64,000 bases of DNA from Alphaproteobacteria bacterium (GTDB taxonomy: Bacteria; Pseudomonadota; Alphaproteobacteria; UBA7887), in the NCBI GenBank assembly GCA_965200095.1, contig OZ241350.1:1334853-1398852 (forward strand), written 5' to 3'. The notes beneath the pieces were generated by a model. It made no database searches. It had not been told where the DNA came from and saw only the letters and a list, made by a program, of their open reading frames with translations. Shown in pieces: positions 36,801 through 46,484 of this stretch. Each line of letters starts with the position of its first letter. Within the stretch, counting starts at the first letter, position 1. A program made the position numbers and the translations under genes.

Positions 36801-37382
36801 TATCGCGCGGCGGTGGCGGCGGCGCGCGCCGCCGAGGCGCGGCTCGGCCGCGGCGAGGCGTTCGCCGCCGCGGTCGCGCGCGGCGCGTTCAAACTGATGG
36901 CCTACAAGGACGAATACGAAGTGGCGCGGCTCTTCGCCGACAGCGGCTTCCGACGCCGGATCGACGAGGCCTTCGAGGGCGATTTCACGCTGCGCTTCCA
37001 CCTCGCGCCGCCCTTGCTGGCGGGGCGCGACGCCAACACCGGAAGGCCGAAAAAGCGGGAATACGGCGCTTGGATGTTGTGGGTCTTCCGGGCGCTGGCG
37101 GCGTGCCGGGGCCTGCGCGGCACGCGGTGGGACCCGTTCGGCTACACCGCCGAGCGCCGCGCCGAACGCCGCATCCGCGACCGCTACCTGACCGATGTCG
37201 AGCGCCTCGCGGCGGGGCTCACGCCCGACACCCTTGCGCTGGCGGTGGAGATCGCCGCGCTTCCCGAGCGCATCCGCGGCTACGGCCCGGTGAAGGAGAA
37301 GGCGATCGGCGAAGCGGAAGCCGAGCGGGCGCGCCTGTTCGCGGCGCTCGAAGAGGCGCCGGCGCGCCGCCGGGCCGCCTGA
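33897..37382 (+). CDS. Indolepyruvate:ferredoxin oxidoreductase family protein (fused alpha/beta, 1161 aa)
   Basis: TPP-enzyme N-domain, 4Fe-4S 'CEGCGDCSTQANCVSIHP', PFOR gamma-like C-terminal half. SD GAGGA 8 nt upstream of the ATG. Confidence 0.85.
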   Translation: MDGGALQKVSLDDKYTLDSGRVFISGVQALVRLPLMQRARDRARGLNTAGFISGYRGSPLGGYDAALWQAARRLEAGDILFRPGINEDLAMAAVWGTQQLDFVPGRKVDGVFAIWYGKGPGVDRTGDAFKHANFAGSHPNGGVLVVCGDDHTGKSSSMGHQSDQAMIAANIPLLYPASVQDYLDFGLHGFALSRFAGTLAGFKTVNETVTATATVSVDPSRVSIVLPKDAPEAPEGVHIRPEYDPQGQDNRVVRYKLPRAQAYVRANRLDGPVFGAERPTRLGIVTAGKAVLDTLAGLRLLGIDEAMARALGVGVYKAALVWPLEPEGLAAFAADCAELLFVEEKRPVMEDQAKALFYNREPRPAIVGKRDGAGRALLPSDEPIEAAMAAAAIGDRLETAGVLDSARVERLAALRARLGRNLPALSGGIERSPFFCSGCPHNTSTKVPEGSLAMAGIGCHGMALLVPERNTLPVPHMGAEGVPWTGMAPFTETPHIFQNLGDGTYVHSGSLGIRAAVQSGANVTYKILYNDAVAMTGGQPVEGAPSVGVIARQLLDEGVRTVVVVSDDPGKFEGLSDLPAGVRVRHRDALDEVQRDLRPVPGVTAIVYEQTCAAEKRRRRKRGAFPDPQRRVFIDPLVCEGCGDCSTQANCVSIHPLETEFGRKRRIDQSSCNKDYSCLKGFCPSFVTVVGGGPRKPAPAAVPADAFDSLPDPTLPAADPEWDVLIAGVGGTGVITVGAVLGMAAHIEGKGASVFDMTGLSQKNGAVYSHLKIAADPETQPAAGIGLGEADLLLGCDIVAATAPVAVRALEPGRTLAVLNTTVTPPPGFQLDADMKLDGGFLARGLAEHVGDERARPVEATRIALALTGDTIGANTFMVGHAFQSGGLPLSAASIEEAIGINGVAVAFNIGAFRLGRLAAHDPDAVRALMPRAGAGDADGAAAHDLEAMVARRAAFLAAWQNEAYAERYRAAVAAARAAEARLGRGEAFAAAVARGAFKLMAYKDEYEVARLFADSGFRRRIDEAFEGDFTLRFHLAPPLLAGRDANTGRPKKREYGAWMLWVFRALAACRGLRGTRWDPFGYTAERRAERRIRDRYLTDVERLAAGLTPDTLALAVEIAALPERIRGYGPVKEKAIGEAEAERARLFAALEEAPARRRAA

Positions 37383-37390
37383 CGCGCGCG

Positions 37391-37561
37391 ATGCCGATCC
37401 CGCTCAAGGTTGCGCTGTCGGCGGTCGTCGCCTGCGTCGGCGCGGCGATGCTGGTTCTGGAGCGCAAGGCCGGCGCCGCGCATGTGGGGTGGGCGTCCGT
37501 CGCCCTGGCGGCGCTGATGATCTTCGGCGTCTGGCTGTTCCCCGACACCCGCCGCAAGTGA
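37391..37561 (+). CDS. Small two-TM membrane protein (56 aa)
   Basis: ATG 9 nt after the IOR stop. Two hydrophobic helices. Low confidence. Confidence 0.3.
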   Translation: MPIPLKVALSAVVACVGAAMLVLERKAGAAHVGWASVALAALMIFGVWLFPDTRRK

Positions 37562-37644
37562 CGCGGCGCGGCGGGAGGGAACCTTCGAGAAACGGTTCCC
37601 TTCCCAACCGGCCGCGGGGCCTGCGGTCGTGCCGTGGACAGCGC

Positions 37645-40600
37645 TCAGAAACGCGCCGAGAGGCTCAGGCCGCCTCCGAACCCGTCGCCGACACTGCCTC
37701 CGGTCGCGTAGTTCGCGGAAGCCTGTAATGCGAAGCGGCCCTCGCCCCAGCCGTGCGCGGCGCCCAGGGCGAAACGCGCGCCCGTGGTCTCCGGCGACGC
37801 CTTCAGCGGCGTCCCCGCAACCCGTATCCCGGTCTCCCCCGAAAACTCGTGCGTCGCCTCCGCGGAACCGACCACGCGAAACCCGTCCGACCCGCCGGGC
37901 GCCAGCGCCACGCTCACGCCGGCACGGCCCGTCAGACTTTCCGCATCCTCCATCGACACCAGGGTCGCCGCCCGCGAATCCGCGAAATCGCTCAGCGACA
38001 CCCGCGACCAGACGAGACCGGCGCGCGGCGTCAGCGTCACGTTTTCGGTCAGCGCCATGGGCCGCCCGGCCTCCGCCGCCAGCGCATAGCCTATCCCCGT
38101 GACGCCGTCCTTCAGCATCCGCCCGGTCGCCGATGTCAGTTTCACGTCGTAGCGGGTTCCTTGCGCCGAGGCGTCGACATAGACGCCGGGGCCAACGACC
38201 GCCGAGCCGTACAGGCTTACGCCCATGCCCGACAGTTCGACCTTGCCGCCGTTCTGCGTCATGTCCGCCGAACCGCGCAGCCCGTGCGCCGACAGGCCGA
38301 AGCGGCCGGTTTCGCCCACAGGCCTGTCCACGCCGACGCGCACGCCGCTGCGGGCGCGGTCGTAAGCGACGCCGGCGCGGGTCGACGAATCGGCCTTCCA
38401 TTCGCCGCGGGCAGTCTCGACCCGCGCCCAGCCGCCGGCCTCGCTGCGCGCCGCCGCCATACGCTCCTCGTAGGTCGGAAGGCCGTTCATTGCCAGCAGC
38501 ACCGAAGGCAGCGCCTCGTAGAGGCGGCAACGGTCATCCGACATCCCGGCCATGTCGCAATCGAACGACGCCGGATCCTGCTGCCGCCCGCCGCCGCTCG
38601 TATCGTCTTTCTTTTCCTCATCCGGTCCTCCCCCATTGTCCTTCGGCGTCGGCGGAAGGCTTTCGGTGTTCGGACTGCCGTCCCCGGTGAGAGCGACGGA
38701 CCTCGTGTGACCGGTGAGGCCCTCGTCATCGGTTGCGGCGAAGACGACCCGGTCGTTCGCGATGCCGTCGCCGCCGATGCCTCCCTGCACCCGCGCCGCC
38801 GCAGCATCGGCGGCCTCCTTCGATATCCGGCGGTCGACCCTCGTGTCGGCGGGCACATGCAGGACCACCGTGGTCGTCCGTGTGTCATTGGGCGTCGCCT
38901 TGCCGGCATGGATGGCCCGCGTCGCGCCGTTCGCCGTCACACGGCCCGTCAGGCCGACGGTGACCGTGCCGCCGCCGGTCACGTCGACGGCAGCCCGTGC
39001 GCCCGCGCCGCCCCTCACCTCGCCGTGAATGACGATCTCCGAACGTCCGGGGTCGTTGACCAGGACTGCGCGGCCCGAAGAACCTGCAAGCACCTTGCCC
39101 TTTTCGCCAACGATCAGCGCGCCGCCGCCCGACAGGTGAACCGCCGCATCCGTTCCGCCCGTCACCGTGCCGTGCACCGTGACGAACTGCCGCCGCAAGG
39201 CCAGTGTGGCGTCTTCGTCCAGGTAGAGGGCCTTGCCCCAGGGCGAGTCCCCCGCGATTTCGCCCATGCCCGCATTGACGGCGTAGACGCCGGCCACGTC
39301 GCCGGCGACGGTCGCGCCCTCGGCCACGGTCACTTCGATGCGTCCGTTACTGTTGTGGGGCGTCGTGAAATAGGCGCGGACGCCGTCGCCGCGGGAATCT
39401 ATCGAGCCCCCGTTCACGGCGATGCGGACGTTAGCCGGGTTGAAGGATTTCTTGAGAGTGTCGCGCACTGCTGTCTTGTATGCGTCGGAGAAACCCGCTT
39501 CGGCGTCGTTGAGCGCCGCCTCGACATCGCCGCCCGTCGCCAACGCTACGTGCACCGGCCTCTCTTTCTCAGCGCTGATCGACGCCAACAAATCGGTCAG
39601 CAGGCGCCAGTACGCGGGACCGGCGCGAAAGTCCAGGAATCTTCGGATCTCCCCCTCATCGTAAGCGCCATCACCGTCACGGTCTATGCCGGCCGCGCGG
39701 GGAATGTCGATGCTTGCATTTTTTGCATTGGTTAGCACCGCCCGGAGCCGCGTTACGACGGCCTCGAACCAGGGGCCCTCGATCACACGCCGGTAATCTT
39801 CCACGCCCTCCACAGCGCCAGGATAGTCGCCACTCGCTACCCCAGGGCTCCAGTCAGTCCTGGCTTGGACCTCGATGCCTGCCGGCCGCCCCCAGCGGTA
39901 GAGTTTTTGACTCTCCACCACCGCCACGGTACTACGGGCATTTGCGATATCATGCGCCACATGGCCGCCGTCGAACGACGCCCTCAACCTGTCTGTATCG
40001 TTCCCGGCAGTTCCTCTTCGGTGGTCGAAGGTTCCTGTCCACGCGATGTCGACCACGGGCTGCGCCAACGCTGCGGGCCTCTCTCCTATCTCGAAAAGGT
40101 TAGGGATTTCAGCATAGATGCCCGTGCGGCCCGAAATCGCCCCGGCCTGGATGATTTTTAACGGTCGTCCGAACGTGTCGGAGTTGGAGCTATTCTTGAC
40201 GGCGTGGATCCCGGCATTATGCTTCGAGACAAGTATTGCGCCTGGAGAGACTTCAGTGGAGCCATAGTCGCCACTCCAGATTATAGCGGATTGATAGACG
40301 TCGTTCAAATTCTCGTAACTGCCGAACCGGCCGTTTACCGAGATCGATCCGCCTGTGACGATGATCGAGACTGGCCCGCGTGAGCCGGCCGAAGCCTGAA
40401 TGCCCGCCGTGGTTGCCATAATGTCGCCGCTGTTGACGACCATGATCTCCCCTTCTGCGCCGCCAGAAATGCCGACGCCAACTCTCGAGTCAGCGGCGCC
40501 AATGCTGCCGCTATTGGTGATAAACATTTCCGTAGGGGAGTAGTTCCCGAGTGCGATGCCTGTCCCGGCTACTATAATGTTGCCGCTATTGGTGATTGTA

Positions 40601-41721
40601 ACGCGGCCGCCGCTGAGGTCTTGACGCCAAGATCCCAAATCGACATTGATGCCCGTTCCAAAACTCCCGTTCGCTGTGCCGATGATATCGCCGCTGTTGG
40701 CGATCATGGTGTTGCCCGATGGTTCTTCCTGATATTCGACGACGATACCGTATGCATGATATTCATCCGACTTCTCGGTCGGTCTCCTCACTATTGTTCC
40801 TGCGTTGGTGACGGCGATGGTTCCGCTCGTGTTACCTACGTCCGTCAGCTGGGCATGAATGCCGTGACTGCCGGGATCGGCGGTCTCGACCGTCAGCGTC
40901 ACGCCCTTCGAGACGCTGATTTCCACCGATCCGGCCTCGTAGTTGATCGCTTCGATGGCGGTAGTATGCGACACGATTGACCCGGCCGTGACGGAGACCC
41001 TGGCGAGGCCTGCGTTCGTAGGCGGGACGTATTGTTCAAGTGGGTCACGGCCGAGGTTGGCTTCGTCCCGGTAGGTGCCTACATGCGCCACGATGCCCTT
41101 TCCGGGGGAGTCGATGTTGCCGCTGTTGGCTACCGTGATGCCGCCGGAGCCTTTATTGACGCCGGATATACCGGGCGATGCCGCGTAGGAGTAGATCGTG
41201 GCTGCGTTGGTGATGGAGGCATCGCCGGCCGTAACGCCGTCCACAACGACATCGATGCCGCCGCTCACCCGGGCGGTCGCCGTCCCGATCGTCACGCCGC
41301 TTCGCACGTCCAGCGTTGTCGTGGATCCGTTTCCGGTCCTCTGCCGGATCCGAATGCCACGACTCGCGTCGCTGCCGGCGCCCGGCCGGACAACGACCGC
41401 GCCCTCGCTGCCGACCGTGACCCCGATGTTGCGGACCTCGGTCGCATGATTTGCGGTCTGGACGGCAATGGCGCCATAGGAGCCGCCTGTGATCGTCGTC
41501 GCCGCGCCGCCCACGACATCGAGCGTGACGGCGCGCTCCTGGTTCCAATAGGCGATGCCGCTGGGGTACGCCTGGTTCGCGCAGGTGAAAACGCCGTCGG
41601 TCGGAGTCGCCCCGCATTCGTTGACCGCCCGCGCCGCGCCGGGAGCGAGAAGCGCCGCCGCGAACGCCAGCGCGCAACACATCGACGCCCAAAATCGAAC
41701 CGCTCGCTTGCATGCAGACAT
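37645..41721 (-). CDS. Autotransporter adhesin-like protein (signal peptide, ~1000-aa Gly/Thr/Asn-rich beta-helical passenger, C-terminal beta-barrel ending ...SARF)
   Basis: Start chosen at M32 'MSACKRAVRFWASMCCALAFAAALLAPGAARA' with SD AAGAGGA. The C-terminal ~280 aa has an alternating beta-strand pattern and a terminal aromatic residue. Confidence 0.8.
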   Translation of the reverse strand: MSACKRAVRFWASMCCALAFAAALLAPGAARAVNECGATPTDGVFTCANQAYPSGIAYWNQERAVTLDVVGGAATTITGGSYGAIAVQTANHATEVRNIGVTVGSEGAVVVRPGAGSDASRGIRIRQRTGNGSTTTLDVRSGVTIGTATARVSGGIDVVVDGVTAGDASITNAATIYSYAASPGISGVNKGSGGITVANSGNIDSPGKGIVAHVGTYRDEANLGRDPLEQYVPPTNAGLARVSVTAGSIVSHTTAIEAINYEAGSVEISVSKGVTLTVETADPGSHGIHAQLTDVGNTSGTIAVTNAGTIVRRPTEKSDEYHAYGIVVEYQEEPSGNTMIANSGDIIGTANGSFGTGINVDLGSWRQDLSGGRVTITNSGNIIVAGTGIALGNYSPTEMFITNSGSIGAADSRVGVGISGGAEGEIMVVNSGDIMATTAGIQASAGSRGPVSIIVTGGSISVNGRFGSYENLNDVYQSAIIWSGDYGSTEVSPGAILVSKHNAGIHAVKNSSNSDTFGRPLKIIQAGAISGRTGIYAEIPNLFEIGERPAALAQPVVDIAWTGTFDHRRGTAGNDTDRLRASFDGGHVAHDIANARSTVAVVESQKLYRWGRPAGIEVQARTDWSPGVASGDYPGAVEGVEDYRRVIEGPWFEAVVTRLRAVLTNAKNASIDIPRAAGIDRDGDGAYDEGEIRRFLDFRAGPAYWRLLTDLLASISAEKERPVHVALATGGDVEAALNDAEAGFSDAYKTAVRDTLKKSFNPANVRIAVNGGSIDSRGDGVRAYFTTPHNSNGRIEVTVAEGATVAGDVAGVYAVNAGMGEIAGDSPWGKALYLDEDATLALRRQFVTVHGTVTGGTDAAVHLSGGGALIVGEKGKVLAGSSGRAVLVNDPGRSEIVIHGEVRGGAGARAAVDVTGGGTVTVGLTGRVTANGATRAIHAGKATPNDTRTTTVVLHVPADTRVDRRISKEAADAAAARVQGGIGGDGIANDRVVFAATDDEGLTGHTRSVALTGDGSPNTESLPPTPKDNGGGPDEEKKDDTSGGGRQQDPASFDCDMAGMSDDRCRLYEALPSVLLAMNGLPTYEERMAAARSEAGGWARVETARGEWKADSSTRAGVAYDRARSGVRVGVDRPVGETGRFGLSAHGLRGSADMTQNGGKVELSGMGVSLYGSAVVGPGVYVDASAQGTRYDVKLTSATGRMLKDGVTGIGYALAAEAGRPMALTENVTLTPRAGLVWSRVSLSDFADSRAATLVSMEDAESLTGRAGVSVALAPGGSDGFRVVGSAEATHEFSGETGIRVAGTPLKASPETTGARFALGAAHGWGEGRFALQASANYATGGSVGDGFGGGLSLSARF

Positions 41722-41783
41722 GATGCCGTCCTCTTTATGTTCCGGCGTCGCGCGAGGTTTGGCCCCGGGCGAACCGTTCCCTA

Positions 41784-41808
41784 CCCCCCCCCCCCCCCCC
41801 CCCCCCCC
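41784..41808. repeat. Homopolymeric C(25)/G(25) tract 63-87 bp upstream of the autotransporter start codon
   Basis: Uninterrupted run of 25 C on the plus strand, on the promoter side of the minus-strand gene. Confidence 0.95.
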
Positions 41809-42091
41809 GGTCAAGGCCTGAAATTTTTTTTACGGGCGCAATGGCCTTGAATACGGCGCCCGGCGAAGCTCCGGCCTTGCCGCGATGCTGCGGATCCCCC
41901 GGCGATCGTTCCCGGGAGCAAACCTGCCCTCGCGGATGCGGCGGGCGTCTCGCCGGGATTTTCGTAGTTCGCGCTACGCGCGCATGCCGGCGAGACGCCG
42001 GCGCTCCCGGGAGGGCGCGTCCGGGAGCGCTTGACCGGGCGGCGGGGCGGGGCTACCACCCGGCGTTCGCGATATTCGGGGAGGCGGCGCC

Positions 42092-43339
42092 ATGAGTGCA
42101 CGCGGCGCATATTTCGACGGACTCGAAACCCGCGACCCGGAAGCGCGCGAAGAGGCGACCTTCGCAGCGCTGCGCGACGTGATCGCGCTGGCGCAGGAAA
42201 AAAGCCCCGCCTGGGCGCGCATCCTCGACGGCGTCGACGCCGCCGCGGTGCGCGACCGCGCGGCGCTGGCGACGCTGCCGGTCACCCGCAAGGCGTCCCT
42301 GGGCGGCCTCCAGGGCGAAACCCCGCCGCTCGGCGGCCTGACGACCCGCGCGCCGGGAGAACTGAGCTGGATCTTCTCGTCGCCGGGGCCGATCTACGAA
42401 CCGGGAATGCGGCGCGACGACTATTTCCGCATGGGCCGCGCCTTCCACGCCGCGGGGATGCGCCCCGGCGACATCGTCTACAACACCTTTTCGTATCATC
42501 TCACCCCGGCGGGCCACATGGCCGAAAGCGGCGCGCATGCCTGCGGCTGCGCCGTGGTTCCCGGCGGGGTGGGCAACACCGAACAGCAATTGCGCGCGGT
42601 CGCCGACATCCGCCCCAACGCCTATGCGGGCACGCCCTCCTTTCTGCGCATCCTGCTGGACCGGGCGGACGAAGCGGGCCTCGACGTCTCGTCGCTCACC
42701 CGCGCCGCCGTCGGCGGGGAGGCGCTGCCGCCGAGCCTGCGCGAGCGCTTCCGCGCCCGGGGGATCGGCGTCCTGCAATCCTACGGCACCGCCGAGGCCG
42801 GGCTGATCGCCTACGAGTCGGAGGCGCTCGAGGGGATGATCGCCGACGAGGGAGTCATCGTCGAAATCGTCGCCCCGGGGACCGGGGACCCGGTCGCCGA
42901 GGGCGAGGTCGGCGAGGTCGCGGTTACGGTGCTCAACCCCGACTATCCGCTGATCCGGTTCGCGACGGGGGACCTGTCCGCGACGCTGCCCGGCCCGTCG
43001 CCTTGCGGGCGCACCAATTTGCGCATTGCCGGCTGGATGGGACGCGCCGACCAGACGACGAAAGTGCGCGGCATGTTCGTCCATCCCCTCCAGGTGCGGC
43101 AGACGGCGGCGCGGCACCCCGAGATCGTCAGGGCGCGGCTGGTGGTGGACAACCCCGACCATGCGGACCGCATGGTTCTGCGCTGCGAGATCGACGGGGC
43201 CGGCGGCGATGCGCTGCGCGCCCGCGTCGCGGAGTCGCTGCGGGCGGTGTGCAAACTGCGCGGCGAGGTCGAGTTCGTCGCCCGCGGCGCGCTGCCCGAC
43301 GACGGCGTCGCGATCGAGGACTCGCGGGTGTTCGAATAA
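42092..43339 (+). CDS. Phenylacetate-CoA ligase-like adenylate-forming enzyme (PaaK/F390 synthetase family)
   Basis: 'NTFSYHLTPAGH', 'SYGTAEAG', 'RTNLRIAGWMGRADQTTKVRGMFVHP'. Confidence 0.8.
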   Translation: MSARGAYFDGLETRDPEAREEATFAALRDVIALAQEKSPAWARILDGVDAAAVRDRAALATLPVTRKASLGGLQGETPPLGGLTTRAPGELSWIFSSPGPIYEPGMRRDDYFRMGRAFHAAGMRPGDIVYNTFSYHLTPAGHMAESGAHACGCAVVPGGVGNTEQQLRAVADIRPNAYAGTPSFLRILLDRADEAGLDVSSLTRAAVGGEALPPSLRERFRARGIGVLQSYGTAEAGLIAYESEALEGMIADEGVIVEIVAPGTGDPVAEGEVGEVAVTVLNPDYPLIRFATGDLSATLPGPSPCGRTNLRIAGWMGRADQTTKVRGMFVHPLQVRQTAARHPEIVRARLVVDNPDHADRMVLRCEIDGAGGDALRARVAESLRAVCKLRGEVEFVARGALPDDGVAIEDSRVFE

Positions 43340-43377
43340 ACGCCGCCGCCGGCGCAGAGGCGAAAAGGCGGGCGCGC

Positions 43378-44130
43378 ATGAAAGGCGAGGGCGTCGCGCG
43401 CCTGTCGCGGATGATCGCCCGATCCGAACGGATAGCGGTGTTCACCGGCGCGGGGATCAGCACCGAGTCGGGGATCCCCGATTTCCGCTCGCCGGGCGGC
43501 GTGTGGGACCGCTACAAGCCGATCCCCTTCGACGAATTCATGGCTTCGGAAGAGGCGCGCCGCGAGAGCTGGCGGCGCAAATTCGCGGTCGACCCGACCA
43601 TCGCGCAGGCGGCGCCGAACCGCGGACACCGCGCAGTCGCCCATCTGGTCGCCGAGGGGCGGGCGAGCGCCGTCATCACGCAGAACATCGACGGCCTGCA
43701 TCAAGCTTCGGGAATCCCGGCGGAGCGCGTTATCGAGCTGCACGGCAACGGCACATACGCGGCCTGTCTCGACTGCCGCCGCCGCTACGAACTGGCGCCG
43801 CTGCGCGAGGCGTTCGCCGAACGGGGGACGGTCCCCTCATGCGAGACGTGCGGCGGGATCGTCAAATCGGCGACGGTGTCGTTCGGCCAGGCGATGCCCG
43901 AAGCGGCGATGGAAGCCGCGGAACGGGAGACGCGCGCATGCGACCTGTTTATCGCGCTGGGGTCGTCGCTGGTCGTCTATCCCGCGGCGGGGTTCCCGGC
44001 GCTGGCGTGCGAGACGGGGGCGCGGCTGGCGATCGTGAACCGCGAGGCGACCCCCCTGGACGGGATCGCCGACCTGGCGCTCCATCGCGAGATCGGCGAC
44101 GCCCTCGGCGCCGCGACGGGGGTGGCGTGA
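43378..44130 (+). CDS. cobB: NAD-dependent protein deacylase (Sir2 family)
   Basis: 'VFTGAGISTESGIPDFR', 'TQNIDGLH', Zn ribbon 'CLDC...CETCGG'. Confidence 0.85.
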   Translation: MKGEGVARLSRMIARSERIAVFTGAGISTESGIPDFRSPGGVWDRYKPIPFDEFMASEEARRESWRRKFAVDPTIAQAAPNRGHRAVAHLVAEGRASAVITQNIDGLHQASGIPAERVIELHGNGTYAACLDCRRRYELAPLREAFAERGTVPSCETCGGIVKSATVSFGQAMPEAAMEAAERETRACDLFIALGSSLVVYPAAGFPALACETGARLAIVNREATPLDGIADLALHREIGDALGAATGVA

Positions 44131-44990
44131 CCGCGGCGCCGGGCAGTTCGCCGACCGTGGCGCCGACCGTCGCGCCGATCGCCGGCGCGCTGGGAGCGGA
44201 GATCTCCGGCGTCGATCTGGCGCGCCCGCTCAATGAGGGGACCGTCGCCGCGGTCCGCCGCGCGTTGCTCGACCGTCTGGTGATTTTCTTCCGCGACCAG
44301 ACGCTCGACCCGCGGTCTCTCGCCGCGGCGGCGCGGGCGTTCGGCGCGCCTGCGCCCTACCCCTTCGTCAAGGGTCTCGACGAAGAGCCGCTGGTCATCC
44401 CGGTGCTCAAGCGCCCGGAGGAGGCCGCGAATTTCGGCGGGGTGTGGCATTCCGATACGGCGTATCTGGACAGGCCGCCGCTCGGCACGCTGCTCTATGC
44501 CTGCGAGGTTCCCGAATTCGGCGGCGACACGCTGTTCGCCAACATGTATCTGGCCTACGAGACCTTGTCCGAAGGCATGAAGCGCCTGCTCGACGGCCTG
44601 CGCGCGGTGAACGTGTCCGACAATGCGGCGGCGCTGGCGGCGCGGCCGGGCGCCGAAGCCGGTGCGCCGGCCCTGGCGGCGGAGCACCCGGCGGTGCGCG
44701 TCCACCCCGAAACCGGGCGCCGGGCGCTTTACGTAAACGCGGCGCACACGCGGCGCTTCGCCGGCTTCACCGAAGAGGAAAGCGCGCCCCTGCTCGGCTG
44801 GCTGTTCGCGCACCAGACGCGGCCGGAATTCACCTGCCGCTTCCGGTGGACGCCGGGAGCCCTGGCGTTCTGGGACAACCGCTGCGCGCAACATAATGCG
44901 GTCAACGACTATCCCGGCCGGCGCCGTCTCATGTATCGGGTGACGCTGGAGGGCGAGCGGCCCGGCGGCCCGGAAGGAGAGCAACGATGA
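44127..44990 (+). CDS. TauD/TfdA-family Fe(II)/2-oxoglutarate dioxygenase
   Basis: GTGA overlap with cobB. 'WHSDTAYLDRPP', 'GGDTLFANMYLAYETL', 'WDNRCAQH'. Confidence 0.8.
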   Translation: MTAAPGSSPTVAPTVAPIAGALGAEISGVDLARPLNEGTVAAVRRALLDRLVIFFRDQTLDPRSLAAAARAFGAPAPYPFVKGLDEEPLVIPVLKRPEEAANFGGVWHSDTAYLDRPPLGTLLYACEVPEFGGDTLFANMYLAYETLSEGMKRLLDGLRAVNVSDNAAALAARPGAEAGAPALAAEHPAVRVHPETGRRALYVNAAHTRRFAGFTEEESAPLLGWLFAHQTRPEFTCRFRWTPGALAFWDNRCAQHNAVNDYPGRRRLMYRVTLEGERPGGPEGEQR

Positions 44991-45781
44991 ACCTCGATCT
45001 CGGCGGACGCACGGCGCTGGTCACGGGTTCGACCCGGGGCATCGGCTTCGCATCGGCGGTCGGTCTCGCGCGGCTCGGCGCGCGGACGGTCCTCCACGGG
45101 CGCACGGATGAGTCGGTCGCAGGCGCGCTGGAGCGCGCGCGCGCCGCCGCGCCGGAGGGCGAGTTCGCGGCAGTCGCCGGCGATGTGGCGACGGCCGCCG
45201 GCTGCGACGCGATCGCAGCGGCGCACGCGCAGGCGGACATCCTCGTCAACAATGCGGGGATATACGCCGCCGCGCCCTTCGGGGACATCGCCGACGCCGA
45301 ATGGGACGCCTATTTCCAGACCAACGTCATGAGCGGAGTCCGCCTGTCGCGGCATTATCTGCCGGGGATGATGGAGCGCGACTGGGGCCGCGTGGTGTTC
45401 GTTTCCAGCGAATCGGGCGTGTTCATCCCCCCGGACATGATCCATTACGGGTTTTCGAAGGCGGCGCAGCTCGCGGTGTCGCGCGGCCTGGCGGAAACCA
45501 CGGCCGGTTCGGGGGTGACGGTCAATTCGGTGCTTCCCGGGCCGACCTGGGTGGAAACCAACGCCGCGCGCGTGGCGCAACGGGCGGCCGACGAGGGGCG
45601 CACGGTGGAGGAGGCGAAGGCGGACGTCTTCGAACGGCGCCGGCCGTCGTCGCTGTTGCGCCGCTACGCCGAGCCGGAGGAAGTGGCGAACCTTGTGTGC
45701 TATGTTTGCAGTCCCGCCTCCTCGGCGACCAACGGGGCGGCGCTGCGCGTCGACGGTGGAATCGTGAAGACCTACATCTGA
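44987..45781 (+). CDS. SDR-family oxidoreductase
   Basis: 'ALVTGSTRGIGFA', 'NNAGI', 'YGFSKAA'. Confidence 0.85.
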   Translation: MNLDLGGRTALVTGSTRGIGFASAVGLARLGARTVLHGRTDESVAGALERARAAAPEGEFAAVAGDVATAAGCDAIAAAHAQADILVNNAGIYAAAPFGDIADAEWDAYFQTNVMSGVRLSRHYLPGMMERDWGRVVFVSSESGVFIPPDMIHYGFSKAAQLAVSRGLAETTAGSGVTVNSVLPGPTWVETNAARVAQRAADEGRTVEEAKADVFERRRPSSLLRRYAEPEEVANLVCYVCSPASSATNGAALRVDGGIVKTYI

Positions 45782-46467
45782 TGACCGAGCGAACGATAGA
45801 CGTCCACACGGACATAAAAAGCCCCTACGCCTATCTCGCCCTGGCGCCGGCGCGCGCCCTGGAGCGCGACTTCCGGGTGACGCTGAACTGGCTGCCCTAC
45901 ACGCTGCGCATCCCGGACTTTCTGGGCAGCGCGGAGGTCGATTCCGACGGGCGCGTGGTGGCCGAAAACCGCAGCCCGCACCAGTGGCGGCGGGTGCGCT
46001 ACAGCTATATGGACGTGCGCCGCTACGCCAATCTGCGCGGGCTGACGATCCGCGGCCCGCGCAAGATATGGGACTCGTCGCTGGCCCATACCGGCCTGCT
46101 CTACGCTAGGGACCGGGGCGCGCTGGGCGCCTATCTCGACATGGTCTACGAGCGCTTCTGGAAACGCGCGCTCGACATCGAGGACATGGCGGCGGTGGCG
46201 GCGGTGCTGGCGGAAGCGGGGGCGGACGCGGCGGCGTTCCCGGCATGGGTCGAGCGCGAAGGGCGCGCCGAACACGACCGCCTGCAACGGGCGGCGGAAG
46301 AAGCGGGGGTCTTCGGCGTCCCCACCTATATCGTCGACGGGGAGGCGTTCTGGGGGCGCGAGCACCTGCCGATGATCCGCATGAAACTGGAGGAAGCCGG
46401 TCTGCGCCGGGACGGCGCGCCGGCGTCGGCGCCGGAGGCGGATTACGCCTGGCGGGGCGGCGGCTGA
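45781..46467 (+). CDS. 2-hydroxychromene-2-carboxylate isomerase / DsbA-like thioredoxin-fold protein
   Basis: '[15 protein letters not shown]', '[20 protein letters not shown]'. Confidence 0.75.
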   Translation: MTERTIDVHTDIKSPYAYLALAPARALERDFRVTLNWLPYTLRIPDFLGSAEVDSDGRVVAENRSPHQWRRVRYSYMDVRRYANLRGLTIRGPRKIWDSSLAHTGLLYARDRGALGAYLDMVYERFWKRALDIEDMAAVAAVLAEAGADAAAFPAWVEREGRAEHDRLQRAAEEAGVFGVPTYIVDGEAFWGREHLPMIRMKLEEAGLRRDGAPASAPEADYAWRGGG

Positions 46468-46484
46468 GCGCCGGCGGGCGCGCC

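Noticed and set aside
41722-41814. Reading the poly-C tract as a poly-Gly N-terminus of the autotransporter (ORF start 41814)
   Set aside because: A canonical signal peptide begins at M32 (41721) with a good SD. The upstream extension has no start-site support.
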